DNA of 64,000 nucleotides, taken from assembly GCA_902609025.1 (NCBI GenBank), contig CACLQD010000001.1, positions 55,801 to 119,800 on the forward strand. The letters are read 5' to 3'. Positions 34,002 to 49,146 of the stretch are shown one piece after another. The notes beneath the pieces are model-generated. The model was not told the origin of the DNA. It saw only the letters and a program-made list of their open reading frames with translations, and searched no databases. Both the position numbers and the translations under genes were made by a program. Source of the stretch: an uncultured PS1 clade bacterium (GTDB taxonomy: Bacteria; Pseudomonadota; Alphaproteobacteria; MED-G09). The stretch's first letter is position 1, and the number at the start of each line of letters is the position of its first letter.

Positions 34002-34490
34002 ATGAATAACGCAATTAAATATAAAAAAATAAATTATTTACTCTTGTTATTTCTTTTATTATTTAATTTTTCATTTTCATTTTCTGTTTTTTCACAAATA
34101 ACATCTATCGAATGGTTATCATTAAAGTATGATAAAACATATCTTCGATCTGGTCCCTCAAAACAAAATAAGGTTTTATGGACTTATAAAAAAAAGGGCT
34201 TACCAATTAAGGTTATAAGAAAAAAAGGTGATTGGTATGAGGTAGAGATGCCTGAAAGAATTACAGGATGGATAAGCTCTACACAAATTTCATTTAAAAG
34301 AAGAGTGCTCGTAATTTCAGATGAATTAATTGACATAAGAAAGAAAGAACAAAAATCCTCAAAGGTAATTGCAAAAGTTGGGAAAAATGTAGTTGGTGAT
34401 TTGATAGGTTGTCAAAAAAAAATTTGCAAAATTGATTATTATAAGATTGAAGGTTTTGTCGAAAAAGAATTTTTGTGGGGAGTAGATTAA
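34002..34490 (+). CDS. secreted bacterial SH3-domain protein
   Basis: Signal peptide then SH3b-like motif (WLSLKYDKTYLRSGPS...GLPIKVI...GDWYEV). 162 aa. Confidence 0.55.
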   Translation: MNNAIKYKKINYLLLLFLLLFNFSFSFSVFSQITSIEWLSLKYDKTYLRSGPSKQNKVLWTYKKKGLPIKVIRKKGDWYEVEMPERITGWISSTQISFKRRVLVISDELIDIRKKEQKSSKVIAKVGKNVVGDLIGCQKKICKIDYYKIEGFVEKEFLWGVD

Positions 34491-34522
34491 TTTGTGGAGC
34501 CAAATAATTGACTCCACAAATT
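34489..34522. terminator. bidirectional intrinsic-terminator-like hairpin between the convergent SH3-protein gene and katG
   Basis: Perfect 11-bp inverted repeat AATTTGTGGAG / CTCCACAAATT around a 12-nt loop, flanked by A/T runs on both sides. Confidence 0.45.
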
Positions 34523-34530
34523 TATTAAAA

Positions 34531-36672
<2,142 letters not shown>

Positions 36673-36697
36673 TTATTCTCCAAACATTTTTATTAAA

Positions 36698-37090
36698 TTA
36701 AACCTTAATTAAAATCTCAATTTTTTTTATATCGTCTTCTTTTATTGTCTTAGGTAATGATAAATTAATATCCTCTGGCTCAATGTCGTAAAGCTTACGA
36801 TCCTTGGTATCATATAGATGAAAATGATCAGAAGTATTTGTATCAAACCAAGAACGATTATCATCTATCATTACTTTTGAGATTAGCCCTTTTGCGTAAA
36901 AATCATTTAAGACATTATATATTGTACCAGCAGAAATTTTAACACCGTTCTCAGAACATTTTTTTTCAACAATATCTGCAGAAAAGTGCCAATTTTCTTG
37001 CCTAAACAATATATAAAAAATTGCAATTCTTTGCTCTGTTGGCCTTAAATTACTTTTTCTTAAAATATTTTTGATTTTTTCATAGGGCAT
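36698..37090 (-). CDS. irr: Fur-family transcriptional regulator, Irr-like (iron response regulator)
   Basis: Fur-family winged-helix N-terminus. No CxxC structural-zinc pairs. HFH motif near the C-terminus. Classic alphaproteobacterial position divergent from fabA-fabB-fabI. Immediately upstream of, and co-oriented with, katG. Confidence 0.6.
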   Translation of the reverse strand: MPYEKIKNILRKSNLRPTEQRIAIFYILFRQENWHFSADIVEKKCSENGVKISAGTIYNVLNDFYAKGLISKVMIDDNRSWFDTNTSDHFHLYDTKDRKLYDIEPEDINLSLPKTIKEDDIKKIEILIKV

Positions 37091-37176
37091 AATTTTTTTT
37101 ACCTTTTTTACAGTTTAGAGTCAATTTAAAGTAGAAAAAAAATCTTTTTCTTACTAAGCAACAATTAATGTGATAA

Positions 37177-37698
37177 ATGACTGAAGTTAGGAATAAAATG
37201 GAACAAAAAAATAACTATAGTTATGAAGATCTTTTAACTTGCGCAAAAGGTGAATTATTTGGGCCAGGTAATGCACAATTACCAATGCCGCCCATGCTCA
37301 TGTTTGAAAAAATAACTAATATATCATCAGATGGTGGCGCAAATAATAAAGGTATTATAGAGGCCGAAATGGCAATAAAACAAGATTTATGGTTCTTTGA
37401 TTGTCATTTTATTAATGATCCTGTCATGCCTGGTTGTTTAGGTTTAGATGCTATGTGGCAATTACTTGGATTCTACCTAGGTTGGCTTGGTGAAAAAGGA
37501 AGAGGAAGAGCAATATCAGTTGGAAATGTAAAGTTTTCAGGAATGATATTACCCCAAACAAAAAAATTAGAATATACTATTAACTTGAAAAGGGTTTTGA
37601 CAAGTAAGTTAGTTCTAGGAATTGCTGATGGCTTGTTATCAGCAGATGGTGAAGTAATATATGAAGCAAAGGATCTAAGAGTAGCATTGTTTTCATAA
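37177..37698 (+). CDS. fabA: 3-hydroxydecanoyl-ACP dehydratase/isomerase
   Basis: 173-aa hot-dog fold. Active-site region [16 protein letters not shown]. Confidence 0.9.
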   Translation: MTEVRNKMEQKNNYSYEDLLTCAKGELFGPGNAQLPMPPMLMFEKITNISSDGGANNKGIIEAEMAIKQDLWFFDCHFINDPVMPGCLGLDAMWQLLGFYLGWLGEKGRGRAISVGNVKFSGMILPQTKKLEYTINLKRVLTSKLVLGIADGLLSADGEVIYEAKDLRVALFS

Positions 37699-37714
37699 CA
37701 AAGAGGGATAGAAT

Positions 37715-38932
37715 ATGCGACGTGTAGCAGTAACAGGTATGGGAATTGTTTCTTGTATTGGAAATAATACTCAGGAAGTACTCTCAAACCTTAGAGAGGG
37801 AAAGTCAGGAATATCTAAATCTGAAGAACATGTGAATTTAGGTTTCAGAAGCCAAATTTATGGCAAACCAGATCTTGATCCTGAGGAATATTTGGATAAA
37901 AAAGTTAGAAGATTTATGGGTATGGGTGCTGCATGGAATTATATATCCATGCAACAAGCCATAGAGGATTCTGGTTTAGAGGAAAAAGATATTATTAATG
38001 AAAAGACTGGCATCATAATGGGTTCAGGTGGCCCTTCAACAAAAACACTTGTCGAATCAGCAGATATAACTAGAGAAAAGGGGCCAAAAAGAGTAGGTCC
38101 TTTTGCTGTTCCAAAAGCTATGTCATCAACAAACTCAGCAACTTTAGCTACGCCTTTTGGTATAAAAGGTATCAATTATTCTATTTCCTCCGCTTGCGCA
38201 ACCTCTTCCCATTGTATTGGAAATGCATATGAACTTATTCAATTTGGAAAACAAGACACAATGTTTGCAGGAGGTGGTGAAGAACTTAATTGGGCTCTAT
38301 CAGTTTTATTTGATGCTATGGGAGCAATGTCCTCAAAATATAATGACAAACCTGCTACTTCAAGTAGAGCTTACGATAAAGATAGAGACGGCTTTGTAAT
38401 TGCTGGTGGCGCAGGAGTTCTAGTTCTTGAAGAAATGGAAAAAGCCAAAGCAAGGGGAGCAAAAATTTATGCTGAAATTGTTGGTTATGGAGCAACATCT
38501 GATGGGCATGATATGGTTCAACCTTCTGGGGAGGGGGCTGTCAGATGTATGAAAATGTCAATGGAGAATATTGGTTGTGAAATTGATTATATTAATCCGC
38601 ACGCAACATCAACACCTATTGGAGATGAAAAAGAGATTGAAGCCATAAGAGAGACATTTGGAAGAAAAATTCCTAGTATAAGTGCCACAAAATCTTTAAC
38701 TGGACATAGTCTTGGTGCGGCTGGGGTTCAAGAAGCAATCTATTCTATACTAATGATGCAAAATGATTTTATTGCAAAATCTGCCAATATTGAAAATATT
38801 GACCCTAAGTTTGAAGACTTACCAATTAATCAAGAAAGAATTGATAATGCCAATATAGGATGTTTATTATCTAATAGTTTTGGCTTTGGAGGAACTAATG
38901 CCTCTTTAGTCTTCAAAAATCCAAATTTATAA
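37715..38932 (+). CDS. fabB: 3-oxoacyl-ACP synthase I
   Basis: Active-site Cys in [12 protein letters not shown] and the His/His catalytic residues. 405 aa. Confidence 0.9.
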   Translation: MRRVAVTGMGIVSCIGNNTQEVLSNLREGKSGISKSEEHVNLGFRSQIYGKPDLDPEEYLDKKVRRFMGMGAAWNYISMQQAIEDSGLEEKDIINEKTGIIMGSGGPSTKTLVESADITREKGPKRVGPFAVPKAMSSTNSATLATPFGIKGINYSISSACATSSHCIGNAYELIQFGKQDTMFAGGGEELNWALSVLFDAMGAMSSKYNDKPATSSRAYDKDRDGFVIAGGAGVLVLEEMEKAKARGAKIYAEIVGYGATSDGHDMVQPSGEGAVRCMKMSMENIGCEIDYINPHATSTPIGDEKEIEAIRETFGRKIPSISATKSLTGHSLGAAGVQEAIYSILMMQNDFIAKSANIENIDPKFEDLPINQERIDNANIGCLLSNSFGFGGTNASLVFKNPNL

Positions 38933-38952
38933 ATAATAGAAATTTAACAGCT

Positions 38953-39746
38953 ATGAATGACCAAATAATGAAAGGTAAAAGGGGATTAATAATGGGAGTG
39001 GCAAATGACCATTCTTTAGCATGGGGTATAGCAAATAAACTTCATCAAAATGGCGCCGATCTCGCTTTCACATATCAGGGAGAAACCTTTAAAAAGAGAG
39101 TTGAACCTTTGGCAGACTCAATTAACTGTATCAATAATTTAATTGATTGCGATGTTCTAAATGAGAGCGAGTTAGTTGATGCTTTTGATTTTATCAAAAA
39201 TAAATGGGGACAAATAGATTTTATTGTTCATTCAATTGCACATTCAGATAAAAATGAACTTAATGGAAAATATATTAATACATCCCGAGAAAACTTTCTT
39301 AAAACTCTTGAAATTTCTTGTTTTTCTTTAACTAATATTGCTAAGATTTTTGAACCTATAATAAATGATAATGGTTCAATTTTAACATTGACTTATGGTG
39401 GTTCTGAGAAAGTAATACCTAATTATAATGTTATGGGCGTTGCCAAAGCTGCATTAGAATCATCAGTCCGATATCTTGCAGTAGATTTAGGAGAAAGAGG
39501 AATAAGGATAAATGCACTATCAGCCGGCATGATGAGAACACTTGCTGGCTCAGCGGTTAAAAATTCTAGAAGCATGTTTAAATTTGCTGAAAAACATAAA
39601 CCATTAAAAAATATTCCTCTTAATTTGGATGATATTGGATCTTCTGGTCTTTATTTAATATCAGATCTTTCAAGAGGGGTAACGGGTGAAATACATTATG
39701 TAGATCAAGGTTACAATTTTATAGGAATGCCTAAGACAGAAGATCT

Positions 39747-39750
<4 letters not shown>
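38953..39750 (+). CDS. fabI: enoyl-ACP reductase (NADH)
   Basis: 265-aa SDR-family FabI, motif ...SIAHSDK... Y/K catalytic dyad. Confidence 0.9.
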
Positions 39751-41984
<2,234 letters not shown>

Positions 41985-42045
41985 TTTATCACATACTTCC
42001 TATATTGATTTTGATAGATTTGAACCGTGTATACTTAAGAATAAA

Positions 42046-42318
42046 TTATCTTCTTAGCCCAAGACGCTTAATAAGATCTTCATATCGAGGTTCGTTTTTA
42101 GACTTTACATAGTCTAGAATTTTTCTTCTTAGATTAACTAGCTTAAGTAAGCCTTGTCTTGAATGATTATCTTTTTTGTGATCTTTAAAGTGCTCAGTAA
42201 GATTCTTAATTCTTTCCGTCAATACAGCTACTTGAACTTCTGGAGATCCTGTATCACCTTCGTTAGTAGCAAAATCCTTAATGATTTCCTTTTTTCTATC
42301 TGCATTAATCGACATCAA
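42046..42318 (-). CDS. rpsO: 30S ribosomal protein S15
   Basis: 90 aa. rpsO-pnp adjacency. Confidence 0.95.
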   Translation of the reverse strand: MMSINADRKKEIIKDFATNEGDTGSPEVQVAVLTERIKNLTEHFKDHKKDNHSRQGLLKLVNLRRKILDYVKSKNEPRYEDLIKRLGLRR

Positions 42319-43277
42319 ATACTCCTTAAATTAAAAATTTCCTCAGAAAAAACTTTCTTAGGTTTGAAAGAATTTTCACAAACAGTGGCAAGTCCAATAG
42401 GTCTTTTATCTTTCAATAATAGGACCTCACTTCCCAGCTCGGAATTTCTATGTAAATCATCATTATAAAATGATTGACCTTGTTGAATTCTCTTTGCCTC
42501 TTTATTGCTTATAAGTAACGCCGGGATGTCGTCCAGCACTTCACTCAAAGGAATAAGAAGGTCTCCTCCAACCATTCCAGCTGGCGCACTATGCACTAAT
42601 TTTTCAATCGTTTCTAGTGAAAAAGTGTTTTCTATTGAAAAAGGTCCTAATTCATACCTTTCTAGATTACTAATTACTCCTAAAGCTCCTAATTTCTCAC
42701 ATATATCTCTTACCAATGATCTTATATAGAAACCTTTACCAACAGTAGCTGAAAATTCGGTTTTATTATTTTTATGATCTAGTAGTATTAATTCATATGA
42801 TTTTACTTTCTTCTCTTTAATATCAAAATTAATACCTTTTCTTGCAAGCTTATAAGCTCTGTTACCATCAATCTTAACAGCAGAATATTTTGGTGGTCTC
42901 TGATAAATTTCTCCTTCAAAATTATTTATTATTTTTTGAATATCATTTTTTTTAGGCACAGAATCGGATCTTTCAATTATTTCGCCTTCGAGATCATGAC
43001 TTGAGGTCTTGACGCCCCATAAAATAGTAAATCTATATTTCTTCCTTGAGGTAACTAAATAAGGAATTGTCTTTGTGGCATTTCCAAAAGCAATTGGTAA
43101 AATCCCTGTTGCCAAAGGATCCAATGTACCAGCATGACCAATTTTATTTAAAGAAAAAAATTTCTTCAATTTTCTAACGACATCAAATGAACTCAAATTA
43201 ATTGGTTTATTTATACAAATCCAACCACTAGAAAAAAAATCATTATTTGCTCTTATCTTATTTAGAGATTGTATCAT
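42315..43277 (-). CDS. truB: tRNA pseudouridine(55) synthase
   Basis: Catalytic motif [12 protein letters not shown]. The ORF track starts at 43307; the internal Met at 43277 reduces the overlap with rbfA from 50 to 20 nt. Either start is possible. Confidence 0.85.
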   Translation of the reverse strand: MIQSLNKIRANNDFFSSGWICINKPINLSSFDVVRKLKKFFSLNKIGHAGTLDPLATGILPIAFGNATKTIPYLVTSRKKYRFTILWGVKTSSHDLEGEIIERSDSVPKKNDIQKIINNFEGEIYQRPPKYSAVKIDGNRAYKLARKGINFDIKEKKVKSYELILLDHKNNKTEFSATVGKGFYIRSLVRDICEKLGALGVISNLERYELGPFSIENTFSLETIEKLVHSAPAGMVGGDLLIPLSEVLDDIPALLISNKEAKRIQQGQSFYNDDLHRNSELGSEVLLLKDKRPIGLATVCENSFKPKKVFSEEIFNLRSI

Positions 43278-43656
43278 TTTGTACTTTCTCAGAAGAAAAT
43301 AGTTCATCTAATCTTTTAACCTCATTAATAGTTTCATCAAAAAAAAATGATATTTCTGGGGCATATTTTAATTTAACTTTATCGACAATTTTTTTTCTTA
43401 TTGTCTTCTTCGATAAATTAAACTCATTAATTACACTTTTAATTTTTTTGACATCAGAAGGAACAACATAAAATTTTGCATTTCTGAGATCAGGAGATAC
43501 ATCAACATGTGTTATGGTAATTAAAAGATTATCTAATTTTGGGTTTTTACTTTCACCTCTTATTAAAATTTCATTAAGCGCCGATTTTAAAAGTTCTTGG
43601 ACTCTTAATTGCCTTTGGGAAGGCTCTTTTTGGTGAATAGAATGTTTTTTGTTCAT
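43258..43656 (-). CDS. rbfA: ribosome-binding factor A
   Basis: 132-aa RbfA-like product in infB-rbfA-truB order. Confidence 0.85.
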   Translation of the reverse strand: MNKKHSIHQKEPSQRQLRVQELLKSALNEILIRGESKNPKLDNLLITITHVDVSPDLRNAKFYVVPSDVKKIKSVINEFNLSKKTIRKKIVDKVKLKYAPEISFFFDETINEVKRLDELFSSEKVQNDTISK

Positions 43657-43670
43657 TTTTCTTAATAAAA

Positions 43671-46106
43671 TTAAATCTTCTTTTTAATTTCTTTAACTTC
43701 ATAACATTCAATTTTATCTTTCGGTTTTATATCTTCATTATTATCGAAAGCTAAGCCACATTCCTGACCTGATTGAACCTCTTTAACATCATCCTTAAAT
43801 CTTTTAAGTTCAGAAATTTTACCTTCGTAAACAACAATACCATCTCTTATTAATCTTGCATGCTCTCCTTTTTTGACAGTCCCATCATTAATTAAACAAC
43901 CTGCTATATTCCCAGTCTTAGATATTTTAAATACCTCCAAGACCTCTGCATTTCCTAAAATGTTTTCTTTCAACTCTGGATCAAGTCTTCCTTCTAACAT
44001 GTTTTTTATGTCATCAAGTAGATCGTATATTATAGAATGATAAATTATATTTATTTGAGATTTATCTGCTAAATCCTTTGCTTGATTATTAGCCCTAACA
44101 TTAAAACCAAAAACGATAGAATTAGATGTTTCGGCAAGTGAGATATCACTCTCAGAAATTGCTCCTACCCCAGAGTGAACAACCCTGCATGATATTTCAT
44201 CATTACCAATACCAAGAACTCCATCCTTTATCGCCTCAGAAGAACCGTGAACATCCGCCTTTATAATAACTGGTAATTCCTTTTTTGTTTCATCCTTTAT
44301 TTTTGATAACATTTGTTCAATATTTGATTGAGGAACATTTGGAGACCCTTTTTTATTTTGTCTTTCTCTATAGTCAGTTATTTCTCTTGCCCTTGCTTCA
44401 TTTTCTACTACAGATAAAAAATCTCCAGCATTAGGCGTATTATTTAAGCCTAAGACTTCTATTGGATCCCCAGGAAAACATTCACTTACTTGATCACCTA
44501 TATCATTAATTAGGGATCTAACTTTTCCCCAATGCTGACCAACAATTACAACATCCCCTTTTTTTAATGTGCCTTTTTGAATTATTGTTGTCACAACAGG
44601 TCCTCTGCCCTTATCTAATTTCGATTCAATGACAAATCCTTCAGCTTGCCTATCTGGATTTGCTTTTAGATCAAGAATTTCAGCTTGCAGATTAATTGCT
44701 TCTAGCAAATCTTCTATCCCTTCTTTAGTTTGAGCTGAAAGCTCAATGCATTGAATATCACCACCTAATTCTTCAACTATTAACTCGTGCTCTAAAAGAT
44801 CATTTTTGGTTTTTGTTGGATTTGCCTCGGGCTTATCTATCTTATTAACTGCAACTATAAGTGGTACATTTGCTTCTTTAGAATGATTAATAGCTTCTAT
44901 AGTTTGTGGCATAACACTATCATCAGCAGCAACAACAAGAATAACAATATCTGTAACTTTTGCTCCTCTTGCTCTCATTGAAGTAAAAGCTGCATGCCCA
45001 GGAGTGTCAATAAATGTGATCTTGTTATCATTATTTATTATCTGATAAGCACCAATATGCTGAGTAATTCCACCAGCTTCAGCAGAAACAACGCTCGTTT
45101 CTCTTATAGCGTCCAATAATGATGTTTTTCCATGATCAACATGTCCCATTATTGTTACAACAGGTGGTCTAGGTTTCTTTGATTCTTCAGAATCATCCTC
45201 TAAAGATAAGCCAACCTCAACATCAGATTCTGAAACTCTTGTTACTGAGTGCCCAAATTCTTCAACAATAAGTTCGGCGGTATCCGCATCAAGGAAATCA
45301 TTAATCTTAACCATAACTCCTTGTTGCATCAGAGATTTGATAACATCAACACCTCTTTCCGCCATTCTATTTGAGAGTTCTTGAACTGTTATTGATTCTG
45401 GTACAACAACATTCCTTGATATTTTCTCTTTAGGAGCATCACTAATAACAGCTTTCTTTTTAGCTTTTTCTTGTCTTCTTCTTATTGAAGCAAGAGATCG
45501 TTGTCTTTCATTTTCATTTAAAGCTTCTGATATGGTTAGCTTTCCTTTTCTCCTTTTTTGAGGTTCAATTTTTGACTTTTTTGTTGTTTTATCTTTATCT
45601 TCACCTTTACTTTCTTTTTTTCTAGCTGATGAAATTTGATTCTCACTTTTTTTAGCAGTGAAGCTCTTTTTCTTTTGACTTTTTTCATTTTCAGCATCTA
45701 AAGGTAAATCAATAGAAGATTTTTCTTTTTTAGCCTTTGTTTTTTCACTAATATTTTGCTCTTTCGAAATTTCCTTTTCTAAAGCAACTTCATCTTTCTT
45801 TCTTATATCAGCATCTAAAAGAGCTTTTTCCCTAGCAGTCCTCTCCTTATCAGTTAAAGCACCAAAAACATCATTTTCAGTTGGCTCTTTAATCTTTCTT
45901 GATGTAACTGAGCTCGTTCTAGTTTTAATATTTGGAGCACTAGGTTTTCTTGTCTTAGAAATTTTTCCTCTTTTTGATTCAACAACAACCGTTGAAACTC
46001 TTGAGCTACCTCTGCTTCTGGTACCAATCGTACTTTTAGAAGATTTTGTATTAGTTTTTAGAGAGAGCGTTTTCTCTTTTTTATCTTTTTTAGTATCTTC
46101 AGGCAT
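43671..46106 (-). CDS. infB: translation initiation factor IF-2
   Basis: G-domain motifs GHVDHGKT, DTPGH, NKID. 811 aa. Lys/Glu/Ser-rich N-terminal region. Confidence 0.95.
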   Translation of the reverse strand: MPEDTKKDKKEKTLSLKTNTKSSKSTIGTRSRGSSRVSTVVVESKRGKISKTRKPSAPNIKTRTSSVTSRKIKEPTENDVFGALTDKERTAREKALLDADIRKKDEVALEKEISKEQNISEKTKAKKEKSSIDLPLDAENEKSQKKKSFTAKKSENQISSARKKESKGEDKDKTTKKSKIEPQKRRKGKLTISEALNENERQRSLASIRRRQEKAKKKAVISDAPKEKISRNVVVPESITVQELSNRMAERGVDVIKSLMQQGVMVKINDFLDADTAELIVEEFGHSVTRVSESDVEVGLSLEDDSEESKKPRPPVVTIMGHVDHGKTSLLDAIRETSVVSAEAGGITQHIGAYQIINNDNKITFIDTPGHAAFTSMRARGAKVTDIVILVVAADDSVMPQTIEAINHSKEANVPLIVAVNKIDKPEANPTKTKNDLLEHELIVEELGGDIQCIELSAQTKEGIEDLLEAINLQAEILDLKANPDRQAEGFVIESKLDKGRGPVVTTIIQKGTLKKGDVVIVGQHWGKVRSLINDIGDQVSECFPGDPIEVLGLNNTPNAGDFLSVVENEARAREITDYRERQNKKGSPNVPQSNIEQMLSKIKDETKKELPVIIKADVHGSSEAIKDGVLGIGNDEISCRVVHSGVGAISESDISLAETSNSIVFGFNVRANNQAKDLADKSQINIIYHSIIYDLLDDIKNMLEGRLDPELKENILGNAEVLEVFKISKTGNIAGCLINDGTVKKGEHARLIRDGIVVYEGKISELKRFKDDVKEVQSGQECGLAFDNNEDIKPKDKIECYEVKEIKKKI

Positions 46107-46136
46107 ATATTTTTCCTTAATTATTTAACTAAAAGA

Positions 46137-47786
46137 TCAATTATCTTCTGAGTTTATTTCTAATTCATTGCTGTCCGAAACCTTATCTCGATCATCAGGT
46201 GTTTCTTCATCAAAATTTTCTTCATCATCTTCTTCAATTATTCCAATGATCTTTCTTGCCTTCATTATTAACTCATTTGCATAATCTTCATCCAATTCAA
46301 ATGATGAGAGTATACCTAATTCACGATGCTTCACTCCGTCATTATATTCTTCCCAACCAACTAAATCGTCTGTAGAACAATAAGCAAAGTCTTCAAGACT
46401 TTTAACATCATTTTCCCCTAATTTAATAATCATCTTCAAACTTAATTCTTCAATTTCAAGAATATCATCTTGTACACCAAGTTCCTTTCTTTTTTCTTCA
46501 AGGATAATATTTTCCTTTTCTAGAAAGTCATTTGCTCTGGCTTGAATCTCTTGAGCTGTTTCTTCGTCAAATCCAGAAATACTTATTATCTCATCAATTT
46601 CAACCATAGCTATTTCTTCAACCTCAGAAAAACCTTCAGTAACTAGTAATTGAGCTAATAATTCATCTACATCCAAAGATTCAATAAATAAATTAGTTCT
46701 CTCTTGGAATTCTTTTTGTCTTCTTTCAGACTCTTGATCTTCTGTAAGTATATCTATCTCCCAACCAGATAATTCTGAAGCTAATCTAACATTTTGTCCT
46801 CTTCGTCCTATAGCTAGTGATAGTTGGTCCTCTGGAACAACTACTTCTAGGCGTTCATCTTCATCATATAAGACTACCTTCATTACTTCAGCTGGTTGCA
46901 AAGCTTTTACAACAAAGTCAGCAATATTATCAGTCCATGATAAGATATCTATTTTCTCACCCTGGAGCTCATTTACAACCGCTTGAACCCTGCTGCCTCT
47001 CATTCCAACACATGCGCCAACTGGATCTATGCTTGTTTCCTTTGAAAAAACAGCAATCTTTGCTCTACTTCCAGGATCACGTGCAACTCCAATAATTTCA
47101 ATAATACCATCATAAATCTCAGGCACTTCCTGAGCAAAAAGATTAGCCATAAAGTCTGAGTGTGTTCTAGATAGAAAAATCTGTGGCCCTCTCATTTCTC
47201 TTCTTACTTCATAAATATATGCTCTTACTCTATCACCAGCTCTATAAGCCTCTCTCGGAAGTAATTGATCTCTTCTTATTACGGCTTCAGCTCTACCTAA
47301 ATCTACAACTACAGAGCTATACTCAACTCTTTTGACAACACCACTAATAATCTCACCAACTCTATCTTTAAATTCTTCATAATGTCTCTCTCTTTCAGCA
47401 TCTCGTACTTTTTGAACAATAACTTGTTTGGCACTTTGAGCTGCTACTCTTCCAAAATCTATTGGTGGAAGCTCTTCTTCAACCGCAGGTCCTTCTAAAG
47501 AGGCATTTGGATCAATTTTTTTTGCATCTTTTAAATTAATTTGCCTAAAATTATCTTCAACCTCTTCTACCACATCAAGCAGCCTAAGAAGACGAATATT
47601 TCCAGTATCATTATTTATATCAACTCTAATCTTATTTTCCGCACCATATTTAGAAGCAGCAGCTTTTTCAATTGCCTCAGCCATAGCAGATAAAACAATT
47701 TCTTTATCTATTGCTTTCTCTTTTGCTACCGCATCAGCAATTTGTAATAGTTCTAATCTGTTGGCGCTTATACCAGTTGGTGACAT
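46137..47786 (-). CDS. nusA: transcription termination/antitermination factor NusA
   Basis: 549 aa with S1, two KH and C-terminal acidic repeat domains. Confidence 0.95.
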   Translation of the reverse strand: MSPTGISANRLELLQIADAVAKEKAIDKEIVLSAMAEAIEKAAASKYGAENKIRVDINNDTGNIRLLRLLDVVEEVEDNFRQINLKDAKKIDPNASLEGPAVEEELPPIDFGRVAAQSAKQVIVQKVRDAERERHYEEFKDRVGEIISGVVKRVEYSSVVVDLGRAEAVIRRDQLLPREAYRAGDRVRAYIYEVRREMRGPQIFLSRTHSDFMANLFAQEVPEIYDGIIEIIGVARDPGSRAKIAVFSKETSIDPVGACVGMRGSRVQAVVNELQGEKIDILSWTDNIADFVVKALQPAEVMKVVLYDEDERLEVVVPEDQLSLAIGRRGQNVRLASELSGWEIDILTEDQESERRQKEFQERTNLFIESLDVDELLAQLLVTEGFSEVEEIAMVEIDEIISISGFDEETAQEIQARANDFLEKENIILEEKRKELGVQDDILEIEELSLKMIIKLGENDVKSLEDFAYCSTDDLVGWEEYNDGVKHRELGILSSFELDEDYANELIMKARKIIGIIEEDDEENFDEETPDDRDKVSDSNELEINSEDN

Positions 47787-47806
47787 AATATTTTCCTTTC
47801 ATAAAA

Positions 47807-48334
47807 CTAACTTATTAAGTTAGGTTTTGGGGGATCCTTATCTACCCAAGAGAGAATTACTTCCTTAATCATTAATGGGTCTAAGTTGTATTCTCCATTT
47901 AAATCTTTTTCATTTTCTATAAATATTTTTATTTTACTCTCTGAAAAACCTAAAAGTTTAGCATTAAATTTCTTTGGAAAATCTTTATCACTATTTAACT
48001 TTATTTTTACAAAATTGTTAGACCATGTATCAAAATCTTTTTGCCTAGTAAGAGGTCTCTCAATACCAGGCGAGGAGATCTCTAATGAATAATCTGTAAA
48101 TAATTTTTCATTTTTTTCTAAGTAATCAATAATAACCTCATTTAATATCTCACAATCTTCAAGCGATAAAGTATGTTTATCATTCTCAGCCATTATTTGA
48201 ATATTCGTAACTTTTTTTCCATTAATCTTAACCCTTACTAGTCCATAATTTAAGTCATCGAGCATACCAATAATATATTTAGCAAATTCCTGATTGCCAT
48301 CTGGAGCTAAAAGATGTTCATAATAATTTTCCAT
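47807..48334 (-). CDS. rimP: ribosome maturation factor RimP
   Basis: 175 aa, first gene of the rimP-nusA-infB operon. Confidence 0.85.
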   Translation of the reverse strand: MENYYEHLLAPDGNQEFAKYIIGMLDDLNYGLVRVKINGKKVTNIQIMAENDKHTLSLEDCEILNEVIIDYLEKNEKLFTDYSLEISSPGIERPLTRQKDFDTWSNNFVKIKLNSDKDFPKKFNAKLLGFSESKIKIFIENEKDLNGEYNLDPLMIKEVILSWVDKDPPKPNLIS

Positions 48335-48458
48335 ATACTATCTTTCAAAAAATAAAAAAAGCGGGTGATTTTTAGTCGCCCACTTCGTAATAAATCCGAA
48401 ATATGTGCTTATATTACAAATTAATTATCAAAAATCAAGAATTTAAAGTTTTAATCAA

Positions 48459-49146
48459 TTACTGCTTAATAAACTGAAAATAATAAGGATTTATGTTATT
48501 TTTAAATGCTTTTAGCTCATATCGCGAAGTGGGATATGTACTAATCTTATTTCTACAATTACTGGGCATATCAATTTCCCAATTAAAATCTGCATTTAAT
48601 ATAAAATGTCTTAAACCCCAGTAAGCTATACCCTTATTATCAGTAAAAAAATAGGACTCTTCCATTTAATTTAAGTATTCTTGATATTTCATTTACACTA
48701 TCTTTATTAATAATACGTCTTTTCCAATGTCTTCTTTTTGGCCAAGGGTCAGGAAACATAATTAAAACTTCATCTAAATAATTTGTCTTAGCTAGCTTTA
48801 AATAATCGAGGGCATCTCCATAAAAAAGCCTTATATTTTTTAAATTATGTTTTTCCATATTTAATAGCAGCTGAGCTATTCCTTTTTTATAATATTCAAT
48901 TCCTACAAATAAATTATTAGGAAAATTTAAAGCATTATGAAGAAGAATATCACCTACTCCAAATCCAATTTCTAGGGATATATTTTTATAGTCGTTTAAT
49001 TGGTCAAGTTCCGAAAATGATTCTAAAGATACCTTCTCTTGGTAAAAATCAAGGATTGACTTCTGATCTTTAGTTAATGATCTATTTCTTGAACTAAAAT
49101 AATTTTTAAATTTAAAATCATCAGAGTAATTCATTTTTAAATTCAC
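48459..49146 (-). pseudogene. trmB: tRNA (guanine46-N7)-methyltransferase interrupted by a single-base frameshift in an A7 homopolymer (48645-48651)
   Basis: ORF 48640..49146 carries the TrmB motif FPDPWPKRRHWKRR but ends prematurely (...NGRVLFFY*). Overlapping ORF 48459..48665 in another frame (MEESYFFTDNKGIAYW...) matches the TrmB C-terminal region. Removing one A/T from the run joins them into a ~228-aa TrmB. Confidence 0.7.

Noticed and set aside
48347-48385. Possible intrinsic terminator downstream of trmB (minus strand: GUGGG...CCCGC followed by U7)
   Set aside because: The stem is only 5 bp and includes a G-U pair with a 13-nt loop. Too weak to call, although the U-tract is suggestive.
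48378-48537. 9-mer inverted repeat CCCACTTCG / CGAAGTGGG about 140 bp apart near the rimP upstream region
   Set aside because: Second copy falls inside the trmB C-terminal coding fragment. A single 9-mer match is not significant.
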